From positions 13,731 through 77,730 of the forward strand of contig CAYVWB010000010.1 of the NCBI GenBank assembly GCA_964455395.1: a DNA stretch of 64,000 bases. Reading direction: 5' to 3'. This document shows, piece by piece, positions 25,741-36,068 of this stretch. Numbering within the stretch: the stretch's first letter is position 1; every line of letters starts with the position of its first letter. The stretch comes from an uncultured Desulfovibrionaceae bacterium. GTDB lineage: Bacteria > Desulfobacterota > Desulfovibrionia > Desulfovibrionales > Desulfovibrionaceae. The notes under the pieces were generated by a model that was not told the origin of the DNA, searched no databases, and worked only from the letters and a program-made list of their open reading frames with translations. A program made the translations under genes and the position numbers.

Positions 25741-28011
25741 TCAGTCGTTGCGGTCGCCGCGGCCGCCGCCTCCGCCGCTGCGAGGTGGTCTGCGGTCGCC
25801 GCCGCGGTCGCCGCCGCGTGGGCCCCTGTCATCACGCCGCGGGCCACGGGGTCCGCCGCGTCCACCCCCGCCACGGGGCGGCGAGTCTTTGAACTCGATG
25901 CCTTGTTCTTCGGCAAGGACAGCTGCGCGGGAGAGGCGCATCTTTCCGTTATCCAGCACTTCCAGACACTTGACCTTCAGATTCTCGCCCAGCTTGGCCA
26001 CGTCGGAGACTTTCTCCACACGCTCCAGGTCGAGTTGGGAGATGTGGACAAGCCCCTCGACGCCGGGAAGGATCTCCACGATGGCGCCGATCTCCAGCAG
26101 CTTCTTCACGGGGCCTTCATAGATCTTGCCGACTTCAGGCCTCTGGTCGTAGTGGAGGACCATGGCCTTGGCTTGCTCCATGGCTTCCTTGGAAGGCGCG
26201 AAGATGGAGACTTTGCCGGAGTCCTCGATGTCCACGTCAGCGCCGGTTTCCGCAGTGATCTGCTTGATGTGCTTGCCGCCGGGTCCAATGACCATGCGGA
26301 TGACATCCGGGTTGACGTGCACGATCTCCAGCTGGGGCGCGTTGTCGGAGAGTTCCGGTCGCGGCGCGTCGAGGACCTTGGCCATTTCGCCGAGGATGTG
26401 CAGCCGTGCGTCGCGTGCTTGGGAAAGCGCGCGGGCCATGACTTCTGGCGGAATGCCGGCGATCTTGATGTCCATCTGGAACGCGGTGACGCCTTCCGCA
26501 GTGCCGGCGATCTTGAAGTCCATGTCGCCGAGGGCGTCCTCGTCGCCGAGGATGTCGGTCAACACGAAGTAATCATCGTCTTCCTTGATGAGCCCCATGG
26601 CGATGCCCGCCACCGGCGCGGAGACCGGCACGCCGGCGTCCATGAGCGCCAAGGAAGCGCCACAGACCGTGGCCATGGAGGAGGAGCCGTTGGACTCCAT
26701 GATTTCCGAGACCACGCGCATGGTGAAGGGAAAGCTCTCGGCGTCTGGCAAGGTGGGGGTGATGGCCCGTTCCGCCAGGTTGCCGTGGCCGATTTCCCGC
26801 CGGGAGACGCGCAGCATCTTGATCTCGCCCACACAATAGGGCGGGAAGTTGTAGTGCAGCATGAAGCGCTTGTTCTCATCGCCCATCAGGGTCTCCACAC
26901 GCTGTTCGTCGCGTCCGGAGCCCAAGGTGGCCACGCAGAGCGTCTTGGTCTCGCCGCGGGCGAAGATGGTGGAGCCATGGGTGCGGGGCAGGGGGCTCAC
27001 GTCGATGGTGATGCCGCGCACGGTGGTGAGATCGCGGCCGTCGATGCGGATCTGCTCTTCCTTGATGCGCTTGCGGACGATCTCCTTTTCAAGCGCGCCC
27101 AGCATGTCGCCCACGGTTTTCAGCCGCTCGGGGGCTTCGGCGAAACGCGGGTCCGCTTCGATGGCTTCCTTCATTTTGGCTTTCACGGCGCTGCGGGCTT
27201 CCTTGCGGGCCATCTTGTCGCGCACGGCCAGGGCTTGGATGAGCTCCTCCGTGGCGAGGGCCGCCACGGCTTCCTTGAGCTCCGTGTCCTCAGGCGGAGG
27301 GACGAACTCCATCTTCTCCTTGCCCAGCAGATCGCGCAGCTCTTCCTGCTTGTCCAACATGGGCTGGATGGCTTTGTGGCCCCAGTCGATGGCTGCCGCC
27401 ATGATGTCGTGGGGGATGAACTCCGCGGAACCCTCCACCATCACCACGGCGTCGCGGGAGGCGGCCAGCACCATGTTCAGGTCGGCTTTCTCCAATTCTT
27501 CGTTGAGGGGGTTGAGCACGAAGTCGCCGTCGATGCGCGCCACACGCGCTGCAGCGATGGGACCGTAGAAAGGGATCTTGGAGAGGTGCAGCGCAGCCGA
27601 AGCCCCCGTGACGGCGAGCACGTCCGGGTCGTTCTCCTGATCGGCGGAGAGCACGGTGGCGATGACCTGGACTTCGTCGCGGAAACCCTTGGGGAAGAGG
27701 GGCCGGATGGGCCGGTCGATGAGGCGGGAGCAGAGCGTCTCCCGTTCGCTGGGGCGGCCCATCTCGCGGCGGAAGAAGGAGCCGGGCACACGGCCGGCGG
27801 CGTACATCTTCTCCTGGTAGTCCACCACCAGAGGGAAGAAGCTGATGTCGCGCTCCAGCTTCTGCGTGACCACGGTGACAAGGACGACAGTGCCGCCGGA
27901 CTGAATCCAGACAGCGCCGTCAGCTTGGTTGGCGAGTCGGCCTGTCTCCAGGATGATCTCGCGGCCTTCGGCGTTGATGACGAGTTGGGTGCGTTCGAAG
28001 TTGGATTCCAT
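25741..28011 (-). CDS. pnp: polyribonucleotide nucleotidyltransferase (PNPase) with Arg/Gly-rich C-terminal tail
   Basis: Start MESNFERTQLVINAEGREIILETGRLANQADGAV. It has two RNase PH-like halves, a KH domain (VIGPGGKHIKQI) and an S1 domain (GAIVEILPGVEGLVHISQL), plus a 47-aa RGG tail. Confidence 0.95.
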   Translation of the reverse strand: MESNFERTQLVINAEGREIILETGRLANQADGAVWIQSGGTVVLVTVVTQKLERDISFFPLVVDYQEKMYAAGRVPGSFFRREMGRPSERETLCSRLIDRPIRPLFPKGFRDEVQVIATVLSADQENDPDVLAVTGASAALHLSKIPFYGPIAAARVARIDGDFVLNPLNEELEKADLNMVLAASRDAVVMVEGSAEFIPHDIMAAAIDWGHKAIQPMLDKQEELRDLLGKEKMEFVPPPEDTELKEAVAALATEELIQALAVRDKMARKEARSAVKAKMKEAIEADPRFAEAPERLKTVGDMLGALEKEIVRKRIKEEQIRIDGRDLTTVRGITIDVSPLPRTHGSTIFARGETKTLCVATLGSGRDEQRVETLMGDENKRFMLHYNFPPYCVGEIKMLRVSRREIGHGNLAERAITPTLPDAESFPFTMRVVSEIMESNGSSSMATVCGASLALMDAGVPVSAPVAGIAMGLIKEDDDYFVLTDILGDEDALGDMDFKIAGTAEGVTAFQMDIKIAGIPPEVMARALSQARDARLHILGEMAKVLDAPRPELSDNAPQLEIVHVNPDVIRMVIGPGGKHIKQITAETGADVDIEDSGKVSIFAPSKEAMEQAKAMVLHYDQRPEVGKIYEGPVKKLLEIGAIVEILPGVEGLVHISQLDLERVEKVSDVAKLGENLKVKCLEVLDNGKMRLSRAAVLAEEQGIEFKDSPPRGGGGRGGPRGPRRDDRGPRGGDRGGDRRPPRSGGGGGRGDRND

Positions 28012-28138
28012 GGAATCTCCGGGGTGTGCGCGTTTCCGCGCCTGTTCCCGCAATCTGAAGCTGTCCCGATGTGGGGGGGTGGGTCGGGCCAGAGCCAGAT
28101 TGCGCGAGAGGCGCGCGGACGCAGGGTGGGTGGAAGAA

Positions 28139-28172
28139 CGCGGCCGCAGCCAGCCGGCCCGGCTGCGGCGCG
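28139..28172 (-). promoter_or_regulatory. GC-rich hairpin between rpsO and pnp (terminator/attenuator or RNase III site candidate)
   Basis: Near-perfect inverted repeat CGCGCCGCAGCC...GGCTGCGGCCGCG on the minus strand, followed by TTCTTCC. Its position matches the rpsO-pnp leader hairpin known in E. coli. Confidence 0.4.
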
Positions 28173-28193
28173 TTTTCGGCAAGGGGGTTGACG

Positions 28194-28457
28194 CTACTTG
28201 CGCAGTTTGAGCCGCTGAATGAGGTCGCGGTAGCGCTGGACGTCCTTTTTCTGAAGGTATTTCAAGAGTTTGCGGCGTTGGCCCACAAGTTTCAGCAGTC
28301 CCGTGCGGGAGTGGAAATCCTTCTTGTGTTCCTTGAAGTGGTCGGTGAGGTAGGTGATGCGCGCGGTAAGCAGCGCCACTTGCACCTCGGGGGAGCCGGT
28401 GTCCCCGTCCTTGGTCTTGTACTCCTCGATGATACGCGCCTTGTCTTCAGGCGTCAT
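28194..28457 (-). CDS. rpsO: 30S ribosomal protein S15
   Basis: [55 protein letters not shown] aligns by eye with E. coli S15. A GTG at 28463 has better SD spacing (AGGAGG-N8) and may be the real start. Confidence 0.9.
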   Translation of the reverse strand: MTPEDKARIIEEYKTKDGDTGSPEVQVALLTARITYLTDHFKEHKKDFHSRTGLLKLVGQRRKLLKYLQKKDVQRYRDLIQRLKLRK

Positions 28458-28551
28458 GACCACAGCGATACCCTCCTGGTTGGGCCCGTGGCGGCCGGTT
28501 CGCAACAGGGCGCGGACCGGGCCGGGGCGGTGCATGGATGAGGCTGTCGCA

Positions 28552-29550
28552 TCAGGACCAGAGGCCCCGCAACAGCGCCCAGACCGGTTGGCCGTCCTTC
28601 ACCGCGTGCTGCGCCAAGGCCACGGCGTCGCCGTGCTGGTCCACGAAGAGCGCGCGTTGCGTCACGGCGGCGGGGGCGCATGGCGCTTCCTCCTCCGTGA
28701 GAGCCGCCGCCGCACGCGTCGCCGCCGGGGGCGGGGCGTAGGGCAGCTGCGCGCCGTTCTTGACCAGCTTGGTCTCCTGCGCATCCAATGTCACGCGGGG
28801 CCAGTGCGGCAGCGCCTGCGCCAGGGGGATGACCCGGCTGGGCAGCGCTTCGGGGGCGTCCAGGACGGCATCCAGAGGATGCGCCTGCGCCAGAGTGAAG
28901 GGTCGGCTCTCCTCCCGGGTGAGCGCGGTAAGGTGGGCGCCGCAACCAAGCCGCATCCCCAGGCTGTGGACCAGGGACCGGATGTAGACGCCCGCGCCGC
29001 ACTGCACGCGGAAAGCAACGTGGGGCAGGTCCATATGGAGGACTGACGCCCCGAAAATGGTGACAGGTTTCGTCTTGACAGGCACGTCCTTGCCTGCGCG
29101 CGCCAAGGCGTAGAGCGCTTTGCCCTTGTGCTTGGCGGCGGAGTAGGGCGGGACGGTCTGGGTGGTGTCTTCGCGCCAGGCGAGCACGGCTGCGTGGACA
29201 TCGTCTGTGGTCAGGCCGCGCCAGTCCGCTTCCTCCACCACGGCGCCTTCGGCGTCGTAGGTGTCCGTGGTCACCCCCAGGGTCATTTCGCCGCGGTAGG
29301 TCTTGAACCCTTCGGTGAGGTACGGCGCGAGCTTGGTGGCTTGCCCCAGCATGACGAGGAGCACGCCGCTGGCCATGGGATCCAGCGTGCCGGCGTGGCC
29401 GATTTTCTTCTGACCCAGCGTGCGTTTGATGCGCTCCAGACAAGCGGTGGAGGTAGGGCCTTTGGGTTTGTCCAGCACCAACACGCCGTGCTGTTGCGCG
29501 GGCCGGGTGTGGGCTGAGTGCTCCTGTGGAGGGTGCGTGGCGGCGTTCAT
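28552..29550 (-). CDS. truB: tRNA pseudouridine(55) synthase
   Basis: [21 protein letters not shown]...[16 protein letters not shown] contains the catalytic Asp motif. The start overlaps the upstream stop (ATGA). Confidence 0.9.
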   Translation of the reverse strand: MNAATHPPQEHSAHTRPAQQHGVLVLDKPKGPTSTACLERIKRTLGQKKIGHAGTLDPMASGVLLVMLGQATKLAPYLTEGFKTYRGEMTLGVTTDTYDAEGAVVEEADWRGLTTDDVHAAVLAWREDTTQTVPPYSAAKHKGKALYALARAGKDVPVKTKPVTIFGASVLHMDLPHVAFRVQCGAGVYIRSLVHSLGMRLGCGAHLTALTREESRPFTLAQAHPLDAVLDAPEALPSRVIPLAQALPHWPRVTLDAQETKLVKNGAQLPYAPPPAATRAAAALTEEEAPCAPAAVTQRALFVDQHGDAVALAQHAVKDGQPVWALLRGLWS

Positions 29551-30638
29551 GCGGCGGGTCCTTTGGGTGCGGACCCGATGGCCGGGGGCAAGTCGTGGGC
29601 TTTCACTTGGCAGCCCAAGCCCAGCATTTCGCTGCAGTGACTCACGAGCAGGGCTTCCACGTCGCGCAAGGGGCCGGCCACGGAGGCTCCCGCAGCGTTC
29701 TTGTGACCGCCGCCGCCAAGGCGCTTGGCGAGGAGTTGGACGTCATCCTCCCCGTGGGAGCGCAAGCTGATGCGTACGGATCCCTCGGCGTCTTCGCGCA
29801 GGGAGGCGGCCACGCGCACGCCCCGTACGCGGCGCATGATCTCCACGAGGCCGTCGCAGTCGTAGCGGGTGGCGCCGGTGTCGTCGAGGATGGCTGCGTC
29901 GATGCGCACCACCCCCACCAGCCCCCCGCAGTGCAGGGCGGTGTTCTGCAGCGCGCTGGCCCAGAGCTTGAGCCGTGTGGGCGACCAATTTTTCTCGAAA
30001 CGCGCGTTGAATTCACCCACGTCCAGACCGGCGCGCAGGATCTCCGCCGCCAGCTCCAGGGTCTCCGGCTTCGTGTTGGAGTAGCTGAAGTGCCCGGTGT
30101 CGCTGATGATCGCGAGGTAGACGGCCTCGCCCAGGGCGCCGCCGAGCGTCATGCCGAATGCCTTGGCGATTTCCGCCACCATGACGCCAACGGCTGGCTG
30201 GTTCGTATCCACCCAGTTCACGGCGGCGAAGCGGGTGTTGCCCACATGGTGGTCGATGTTGAGCATGCGTTCCGGGGCAGCGAGTTTGAGCACGGCTTCG
30301 TCGAGTCGGTCGGCGGCGCCGCAGTCCAGGGTGACGACCCATCGCGGCGTGAAGTTCCCCAGCTCCTCCGCAGAGCCGAGAACGGGGCCGGCGGTTTCCA
30401 CCCAATCCAGGGAAAGGGGCACGCCGCCCGCGGCGAAGTGGCGGTAGCGTTTGCCCAGCTTGCGCAACACGCAGCACAAGGCCACGCCGGAACCGAGGGC
30501 GTCGCCGTCCGGGCTGGAGTGACCCGCCACAAGGAAATCGTCTTCCCGGCGCAAGATGTCGAGCACGGCCTGTGGGGGCCCTGTGGGGGAGGGCGTGGTC
30601 GTCTCGGCGGCGTTGAGGGCGCTGTGCTGGAACTTCAT
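29547..30638 (-). CDS. DHH/DHHA1 phosphoesterase (NrnA-like oligoribonuclease/pAp phosphatase)
   Basis: Motifs HSSPDGDALGS, DHH-type NIDHH, and the C-terminal DHHA1 block GGGGHKNAAG. The start is taken at MKFQHSALN; the ORF track offers 30701. Confidence 0.8.
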   Translation of the reverse strand: MKFQHSALNAAETTTPSPTGPPQAVLDILRREDDFLVAGHSSPDGDALGSGVALCCVLRKLGKRYRHFAAGGVPLSLDWVETAGPVLGSAEELGNFTPRWVVTLDCGAADRLDEAVLKLAAPERMLNIDHHVGNTRFAAVNWVDTNQPAVGVMVAEIAKAFGMTLGGALGEAVYLAIISDTGHFSYSNTKPETLELAAEILRAGLDVGEFNARFEKNWSPTRLKLWASALQNTALHCGGLVGVVRIDAAILDDTGATRYDCDGLVEIMRRVRGVRVAASLREDAEGSVRISLRSHGEDDVQLLAKRLGGGGHKNAAGASVAGPLRDVEALLVSHCSEMLGLGCQVKAHDLPPAIGSAPKGPAA

Positions 30639-30731
30639 GACCCGATCGTTTCGCGACGTCTCTGGAATGCGGTAAAAGCGCAGCGCGTTCCGGGGACGCA
30701 TGCTGACTGCGAGGCGTCCCGGGTTGCGGAG

Positions 30732-31022
30732 CTATTCGGGAACGAACAGCTCCATGCTGCTGTCCGTGATCTCTTCCGGGGCGGCAGCTTCCACCATGTT
30801 GAGGCACTTCGTCAAACGGCTCTCCGCGTGTTTCCATTCGTTGCTCACCGTGACCGCGGCGAGCACCAGCCGGACGTGGTTGTCCAGGCTTTCAACTTCC
30901 GCCACGGAGACGTTGAACTTGTTGCGCATCTTGCGCTTGAGGGAGTTGGCGACGGAGCGTTTGCCCTTGAGCGAATCGTTACCGTGCAAGGTAAGCTCCA
31001 CGCGTAGAACGCCAATGACCAT
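30732..31022 (-). CDS. DUF503 (YlxP-like) protein
   Basis: 96 aa; MVIGVLRVELTLHGNDSLKGKRSV is the typical DUF503 N-terminus. It lies downstream of infB, as in many bacteria. Confidence 0.75.
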   Translation of the reverse strand: MVIGVLRVELTLHGNDSLKGKRSVANSLKRKMRNKFNVSVAEVESLDNHVRLVLAAVTVSNEWKHAESRLTKCLNMVEAAAPEEITDSSMELFVPE

Positions 31023-31096
31023 AGTGTAATGGGAAAACGGCCCGGCGTCTATGCGCGGGGCGTGGTTTGACGCGCCGAGGCGCGGGATGATCCCAG

Positions 31097-31143
31097 GGAG
31101 CCGAGGGAGCCGGAGCAGCGCAGTGCGTGGCTCCCTCGGCTCC
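31097..31143 (-). other. 15-bp perfect-stem hairpin in the infB-DUF503 spacer
   Basis: GGAGCCGAGGGAGCC (31097-31111) pairs perfectly with GGCTCCCTCGGCTCC (31129-31143), leaving a 17-nt loop. Confidence 0.6.
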
Positions 31144-31202
31144 TCCGGCTCCAGCAGCGCGTCGGGGTGACGTCGCGTGATGCGAACGCGATGGCGGCGA
31201 CG

Positions 31203-34200
31203 CTAGTCGAGGCTGCGGGCCTCCTCGACCTCTTCGAAGGCTTCGATGATGTCGCCCACTTTGATGTCGTTGTAGTTTTCCAGACCGATGCCGCATTCGT
31301 AGCCCTTGGCCACTTCCTTGACGTCGTCCTTGAAACGCTTCAGGGACGAAACGCCGCCGGTGTAGGTGACCACGCCGTCGCGCAGCAGGCGGATGCCAGC
31401 GTGGCGGGTGATCTTGCCGTCCACCACGGCGCACCCGGCGATGACGCCCACCTTGGGCACCGAGAAGGTGTCGCGGACCTCGGCCTGACCCAGGTAGACT
31501 TCCTTGATCTCCGGCGAGAGCATGCCGGAGAGCGCGTCCTTGATCTCGCCCACGAGCTTGTAGATGATGTCGTAGAAGCGGATCTCCACGCTTTCCTGTT
31601 CGGCGACGTCCTTCACCTTGGCGGAAGGCCGCACGTTGAAGCCGATGATGATGGCGTCCGACGCGGAAGCCAGCATGATGTCCGATTCCGTGATGGCGCC
31701 GGCGCCGGCGTGGATGATGCGCACCTTGACTTCGTCGGTGGAGAGTTTGCCCAGCGCCTCGCTGACGGCTTCCAGCGAGCCTTGCACGTCCGCTTTGAGC
31801 ACGAGGTTGAGGATGGCGGCTTCTTCCTCGGCGGTCTTGGCCAGGAAGGTCTCCAGGGTGATCTTGGACTCCTTGGCCAGTTCCTTTTCGCGTTGCTTCA
31901 GCTGTCGGGCTTCCGCAATGCGCCGCGCGACCTTGTCGTCCTCCACGCCCACGAACTCGTCACCCGCTTCGGGAACGCCTTCAAAGCCCTGCACTTCCAG
32001 AGGAATGGCGGGACCGGCGTACTCGATCTTCTGACCCTGGTCGTTGAACATGGCGCGCACCCGACCGGAGTAGAGACCGCAGACGAAGGCGTCCCCCTGG
32101 CGCAGCGCGCCTTCCTGGATGAGCACCGTGGCCACGGCGCCGCGACCCTTGTCCAGCCGGGCCTCCACGATGTGGCCGCGCGCTGGCTTGTCCGGGTTGG
32201 CTTTCAGCTCCAGCACCTCGGCTTGCAGCAGCACCAGTTCCAACAGGTTGTCGATGCCGTCCCGGTTCTTGGCGGAAACGTGGGCGTAGATGGTCTCGCC
32301 GCCCCAGTCCTCGGGCAGAAGGCCGAGCTCGGCGAGCTCGCGCTTCACCCGGTCGGGCTCCGCGCCTTCCTTGTCCATCTTGTTGACAGCCACGACGATG
32401 GGCACGCCGGCGGCGCGGGAGTGGTTGATGGCTTCGCGGGTCTGATCCATGACGCCGTCGTCGGCAGCGACCACGAGGATGACGATATCCGTCACCTGGG
32501 CGCCCCGCGCACGCATGGCGGTGAAGGCTTCGTGGCCCGGGGTGTCCAGGAAGACGATTTCGCCGCGCGGCGTCTGCACGTGGTACGCGCCGATATGCTG
32601 GGTGATGCCGCCGGCTTCGCCCGAGGTGATGTTGGAGGCGCGGATGGCGTCCAGCAGCGAGGTCTTGCCGTGGTCGACGTGGCCCATGATGGTGACAACG
32701 GGAGGCCGCGGCTTGAGGGCTTCGGGCGCGTCCGCTTCCTGCGGCACGATGTAGACGTCCTCGGAGAAGCCTGTTTTTTCGGCTTCATAGCCGAATTCGG
32801 CGGCGACGAGGGAGGCCGTGTCGAAATCCAGGGACTGGTTGATGGTGGCCATCACGCCGAGTCCGAGCAGGACTTTGATGAGCGCTTGGGACTTGACGCC
32901 CATCTGGTGGGCCATGTCCGCCACCCGAATGGCTTCGTCGATACGAATCTTGCGCTTTGCCTGCTTCAGCGGATGCGCCGCCTGTTCGGCCATGGTGGCG
33001 CTGGCGGCGTGTTCCGTGTCGAACTGCTGGTGGCGTTTGCGCTTGCCGCGCATCTTGCCGCCGGTCTTGTCGCGCAGGGGCTGGCCTTTCTTGGTTTTGG
33101 CCTGCAGGGAGGCGCGGCGGCGATCTTCTTCCTCCGAGAGGTTCTGGGAGAAGTCCACCACGCGGCGGTCTTTCTTGCGGCCTTTGCGACCGGCGTCGTC
33201 GCGTGTGGGCGCGCCGCCGGGGGCGCCGGGACCACCGGGGCCGGCTGGACCAGCCGGACCAGCCGGACCGGCCGGGCCGGGAGCGGGACCGCCAGGGCCT
33301 CGCCGGGGGCCGGCGGGGGCTTCCTGCTTGGCAAGCTGGGCTTCCGCTTGTTGCCGCGCCACTTCCGCGGGATCCGGCATGGAGATGACGCGCACTTGCG
33401 GCCCGGCTGCGGGCTCCTCGCGTTTCTTCTTCTTTTTCTTTGGCTTGGCTTCCTGCGAGGGTTCGGTTTCGGCGTCCGCCGCGGTGTCTTCCCCCTCTTT
33501 CCCGGCAGCGACTTCCGGCGCTTCCGTGGCTTCGGGTTGGGGCTCGTGCGCTGTCGCAGGCGTTTCCACGGTGGGGGAGACTTCGGGGGCTTCGTCGGCA
33601 TCAGCAGCGCTCAAGGTCTCGGCGGCTTGGGCCGGCGCTGCCGTGGGGGGAGCTGCATCGGGCGCGGGGGCGGCGTCCGGCTCGGCGGTCTCGACGGCTT
33701 CGGCGGTCTCGACGGCTTCGGCGACTTCGGCGATGGGCGCAGCCGTTTCTTCAGCGGAGCCGGATGCGGGTTCCGCCGGAGGAGTCGACGCAGGCGTCTC
33801 GGCGGCGGGTTGGGGCTCCGGCGCGTCCGGATGACTGATGATGCGCGCGCCGGCGGGGGCGGCTTCTTCCGCAGCGGGTTCGGCGGCCTGCGGCGTGGGC
33901 GCTTCTTTCGTCACCGGGGGCGCCGGTTGCGCTTCCGCTGGGGCGGGCTGACTGGCCGGCGCGGCTGGCGCCGGCGTTTCCGCGGCGGGCGCCGGGGCTT
34001 CCGATTCGCCTTTGCCTTTGCGACGGCGACGGACGATGACGCCTGGCTGGACTTCCTTGCGCACCACGTCGCGACCGCCGTCTGTGGTGGCGCGGAACTT
34101 GGCGCGCATCTCGGCGGCTTCCTCGTCGGAGACGGCGCTCATGTGGCTTTTCACCTGGACGCCGAGTTCCCGCAGCGCGTGGATCAACTCTTTCTTGTTG

Positions 34201-34241
34201 ACGCCGAGTTCGTTGGAGAGGTCATGTACTGTTGTGGTCAT
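31203..34241 (-). CDS. infB: translation initiation factor IF-2
   Basis: 1012 aa. GTPase G1 is [16 protein letters not shown] and G3 is DTPGHEAF. The long low-complexity N-terminal half is rich in A, P, E and G. Confidence 0.95.
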   Translation of the reverse strand: MTTTVHDLSNELGVNKKELIHALRELGVQVKSHMSAVSDEEAAEMRAKFRATTDGGRDVVRKEVQPGVIVRRRRKGKGESEAPAPAAETPAPAAPASQPAPAEAQPAPPVTKEAPTPQAAEPAAEEAAPAGARIISHPDAPEPQPAAETPASTPPAEPASGSAEETAAPIAEVAEAVETAEAVETAEPDAAPAPDAAPPTAAPAQAAETLSAADADEAPEVSPTVETPATAHEPQPEATEAPEVAAGKEGEDTAADAETEPSQEAKPKKKKKKREEPAAGPQVRVISMPDPAEVARQQAEAQLAKQEAPAGPRRGPGGPAPGPAGPAGPAGPAGPGGPGAPGGAPTRDDAGRKGRKKDRRVVDFSQNLSEEEDRRRASLQAKTKKGQPLRDKTGGKMRGKRKRHQQFDTEHAASATMAEQAAHPLKQAKRKIRIDEAIRVADMAHQMGVKSQALIKVLLGLGVMATINQSLDFDTASLVAAEFGYEAEKTGFSEDVYIVPQEADAPEALKPRPPVVTIMGHVDHGKTSLLDAIRASNITSGEAGGITQHIGAYHVQTPRGEIVFLDTPGHEAFTAMRARGAQVTDIVILVVAADDGVMDQTREAINHSRAAGVPIVVAVNKMDKEGAEPDRVKRELAELGLLPEDWGGETIYAHVSAKNRDGIDNLLELVLLQAEVLELKANPDKPARGHIVEARLDKGRGAVATVLIQEGALRQGDAFVCGLYSGRVRAMFNDQGQKIEYAGPAIPLEVQGFEGVPEAGDEFVGVEDDKVARRIAEARQLKQREKELAKESKITLETFLAKTAEEEAAILNLVLKADVQGSLEAVSEALGKLSTDEVKVRIIHAGAGAITESDIMLASASDAIIIGFNVRPSAKVKDVAEQESVEIRFYDIIYKLVGEIKDALSGMLSPEIKEVYLGQAEVRDTFSVPKVGVIAGCAVVDGKITRHAGIRLLRDGVVTYTGGVSSLKRFKDDVKEVAKGYECGIGLENYNDIKVGDIIEAFEEVEEARSLD

Positions 34242-34244
34242 GCG

Positions 34245-34478
34245 TCACCCCCTAGGCTTCCGCCGGCTCCGACGCTGTCGGAACCGCTCCCGGCACTGCT
34301 CGTCGTGCAGACATGTGTAGCAGCCGCGACCGTGCATGCGTTGGCGCGGGTCCGGGGTGTATTCCCCATGGACCAGCACGTGCCGCAGGAGTTGGTCTTT
34401 GGGCAGTTTCTTTCGGCAGACCACGCAGGTGCGCAGCGGCGCGCGGGGTCGGTCTGCGTGGGAGTCTTCATGTGGCAT
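34245..34478 (-). CDS. YlxR/DUF448 family RNA-binding protein
   Basis: RTCVVCRKKLPKDQLLRHV...GRGCY is the typical YlxR motif. It lies between nusA and infB. Confidence 0.8.
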   Translation of the reverse strand: MPHEDSHADRPRAPLRTCVVCRKKLPKDQLLRHVLVHGEYTPDPRQRMHGRGCYTCLHDEQCRERFRQRRSRRKPRG

Positions 34479-34513
34479 TGCGCGGTGCGTGATGGCATTA
34501 CGTTCTTGATTCG

Positions 34514-36010
34514 CTATTCGTTCTCGTCGTTGGGACGGGTCGTCTGTGCGTCGGCGTCGAGGGCTTCGGGGTCGATGGGTTGCTCCACGCGCTTGGCGTC
34601 GTCCGGCTGCGCCAAGGGCTCGTCGGGCGTGGCCACGGCGTCGGGGCTGGGCGATGCGTCAGCGTCGTCTGTCGTCTCGGGCGTTGGAGCAGCGTCTTCC
34701 TGCACATTGGTCGGCTCGTCTGCGTGCGCGTCGTCCCCGGCTTCTGTTTCATCAAGGTCTTCTTCAGGCGTCGGTTTGGGCGCAAGACCGAGGAAGTTGA
34801 TGGCGGCGCGGATCTGGTCCACTTTTTCCTGCGGCAGGGAGAGTTTCTCCATGAGCTCTTCGTCATCGGTGATGGCGATCTGCTCGGGGTTCTCCAAGTT
34901 GGCGCGGAAGAAGCGGTCCATGGGAATTTCCGCCACGCTGGCGAGCTGCTCCAGCTGTTCGCGGCCAAGGTTGAGCTCGCTGTAGCGGCTTTCCGTGTAG
35001 ATGTCGATCTTCCAGCCAAGCAACTTGGAGGCGAGCTTGACGTTTTGCCCCTTGCGACCGATGGCGAGGGTGAGCTGATCGTCAGGCACCACCACTTCCA
35101 GCAGCTTGTCCTCGTCATCCACGGTGATGCGGCTGATGAGCGCGGGGGCCAGCGCATGGGCTGCATAAGTGGCTATTTCGGGGCTCCACACCACGATGTC
35201 GATGCGTTCCCCGCGCAGCTCCTGCACCACGTTCTGGATGCGCGAGCCGCGGATGCCCACACAGGCGCCCACGGGGTCCACGTCCCGGTCGCGGGAGTAG
35301 ACAGCCACTTTGGCGCGGCTGCCGGGATCGCGGGCGATGCCCATGATCTGCACGGTCTGGTCGTCCACTTCGGGTACTTCGCGTTTGAACAGAGCAGCCA
35401 TGTAGTCCGGGTGGGAGCGCGAGACGATGACTTGGGGCCCGCGGCCTTCCTTGCGCACTTCGATGAGGTAGGCTTGCACGCGGTCGCCGCGCTTGAAGCG
35501 TTCCTTGGGGATCTGTTCTTCCTTGGGCAGCAGGGCTTCTGTGCGGCCGAGGTTGATGATCCAGCCCATGCGGTCGCGGCGTTGGATGATGCCGCTGATG
35601 ATTTCGCCTTGGCGTTCCTTGAATTCCTCGTAGATGATTTCCTGCTCGGCGTCGCGCATGCGCTGGATGATGACCTGCTTGGCGGACTGTGCAGCGATGC
35701 GGCCCAGGTCCTCCACCTTGAGCTTGAAGCCGATTTCGTCTTCCAGCACCACGCCGGGGTCGTGCAGGACAGCTTCTTCCAGGGAGATCTCTGTGTCCGG
35801 GTCGCCCACGTCGTCCGTGACGATCTTGAACTGGTAGACATCGATTTCGCCGGTTTCCTCGTTGAAGCTCACTTCGATGTCACGGTGTTCGCCGTACTTG
35901 CGCACCACGGAGGAGCGCACTGCTTCTTCGAGGGTGTCGACGAGGAGGTCGCGGTCGATGCCGCGGTCCTTGCTGATCTGGTCGATGGCTTTTTTCAGTT
36001 CACTGCTCAT
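34514..36010 (-). CDS. nusA: transcription termination/antitermination factor NusA
   Basis: Start MSSELKKAIDQISKDRGI. It has S1 and two KH regions (GACVGIRGSRIQNVVQEL, AIGRKGQNVKLASKLLG) and an acidic C-terminal tail. Confidence 0.95.
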   Translation of the reverse strand: MSSELKKAIDQISKDRGIDRDLLVDTLEEAVRSSVVRKYGEHRDIEVSFNEETGEIDVYQFKIVTDDVGDPDTEISLEEAVLHDPGVVLEDEIGFKLKVEDLGRIAAQSAKQVIIQRMRDAEQEIIYEEFKERQGEIISGIIQRRDRMGWIINLGRTEALLPKEEQIPKERFKRGDRVQAYLIEVRKEGRGPQVIVSRSHPDYMAALFKREVPEVDDQTVQIMGIARDPGSRAKVAVYSRDRDVDPVGACVGIRGSRIQNVVQELRGERIDIVVWSPEIATYAAHALAPALISRITVDDEDKLLEVVVPDDQLTLAIGRKGQNVKLASKLLGWKIDIYTESRYSELNLGREQLEQLASVAEIPMDRFFRANLENPEQIAITDDEELMEKLSLPQEKVDQIRAAINFLGLAPKPTPEEDLDETEAGDDAHADEPTNVQEDAAPTPETTDDADASPSPDAVATPDEPLAQPDDAKRVEQPIDPEALDADAQTTRPNDENE

Positions 36011-36068
36011 GTCGTTCTCCGCAGGGTCGAGGGGGCGTTGGCCTTGTCGACCGTGCTCGTCCGGCTGT

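Noticed and set aside
32950-33900. Tandem-like DNA repeats in the IF-2 N-terminal region ([11 protein letters not shown] run; duplicated [15 protein letters not shown]) and the (E/K)P repeats in tolA (55560-55900)
   Set aside because: These are low-complexity linker regions typical of both protein families. They are interesting only as possible length polymorphisms, not as separate features.
31167-34985. 1272-aa plus-strand ORF antisense to infB/ylxR/nusA. Similar cases are 24751-28191 (+, antisense to the MFP gene and pnp), 17440-19521 (+, antisense to the RND gene), 11592-13880 (-, antisense to the SbcC-like gene), 44130-46358 and 46289-47926 (-, antisense to flgK/flgL), and 39007-41127 (-).
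   Set aside because: These are all mirror frames of genes with strong motif support. Their products are repetitive Arg/Gly/Ala/His-rich strings. They are treated as GC-driven artefacts.
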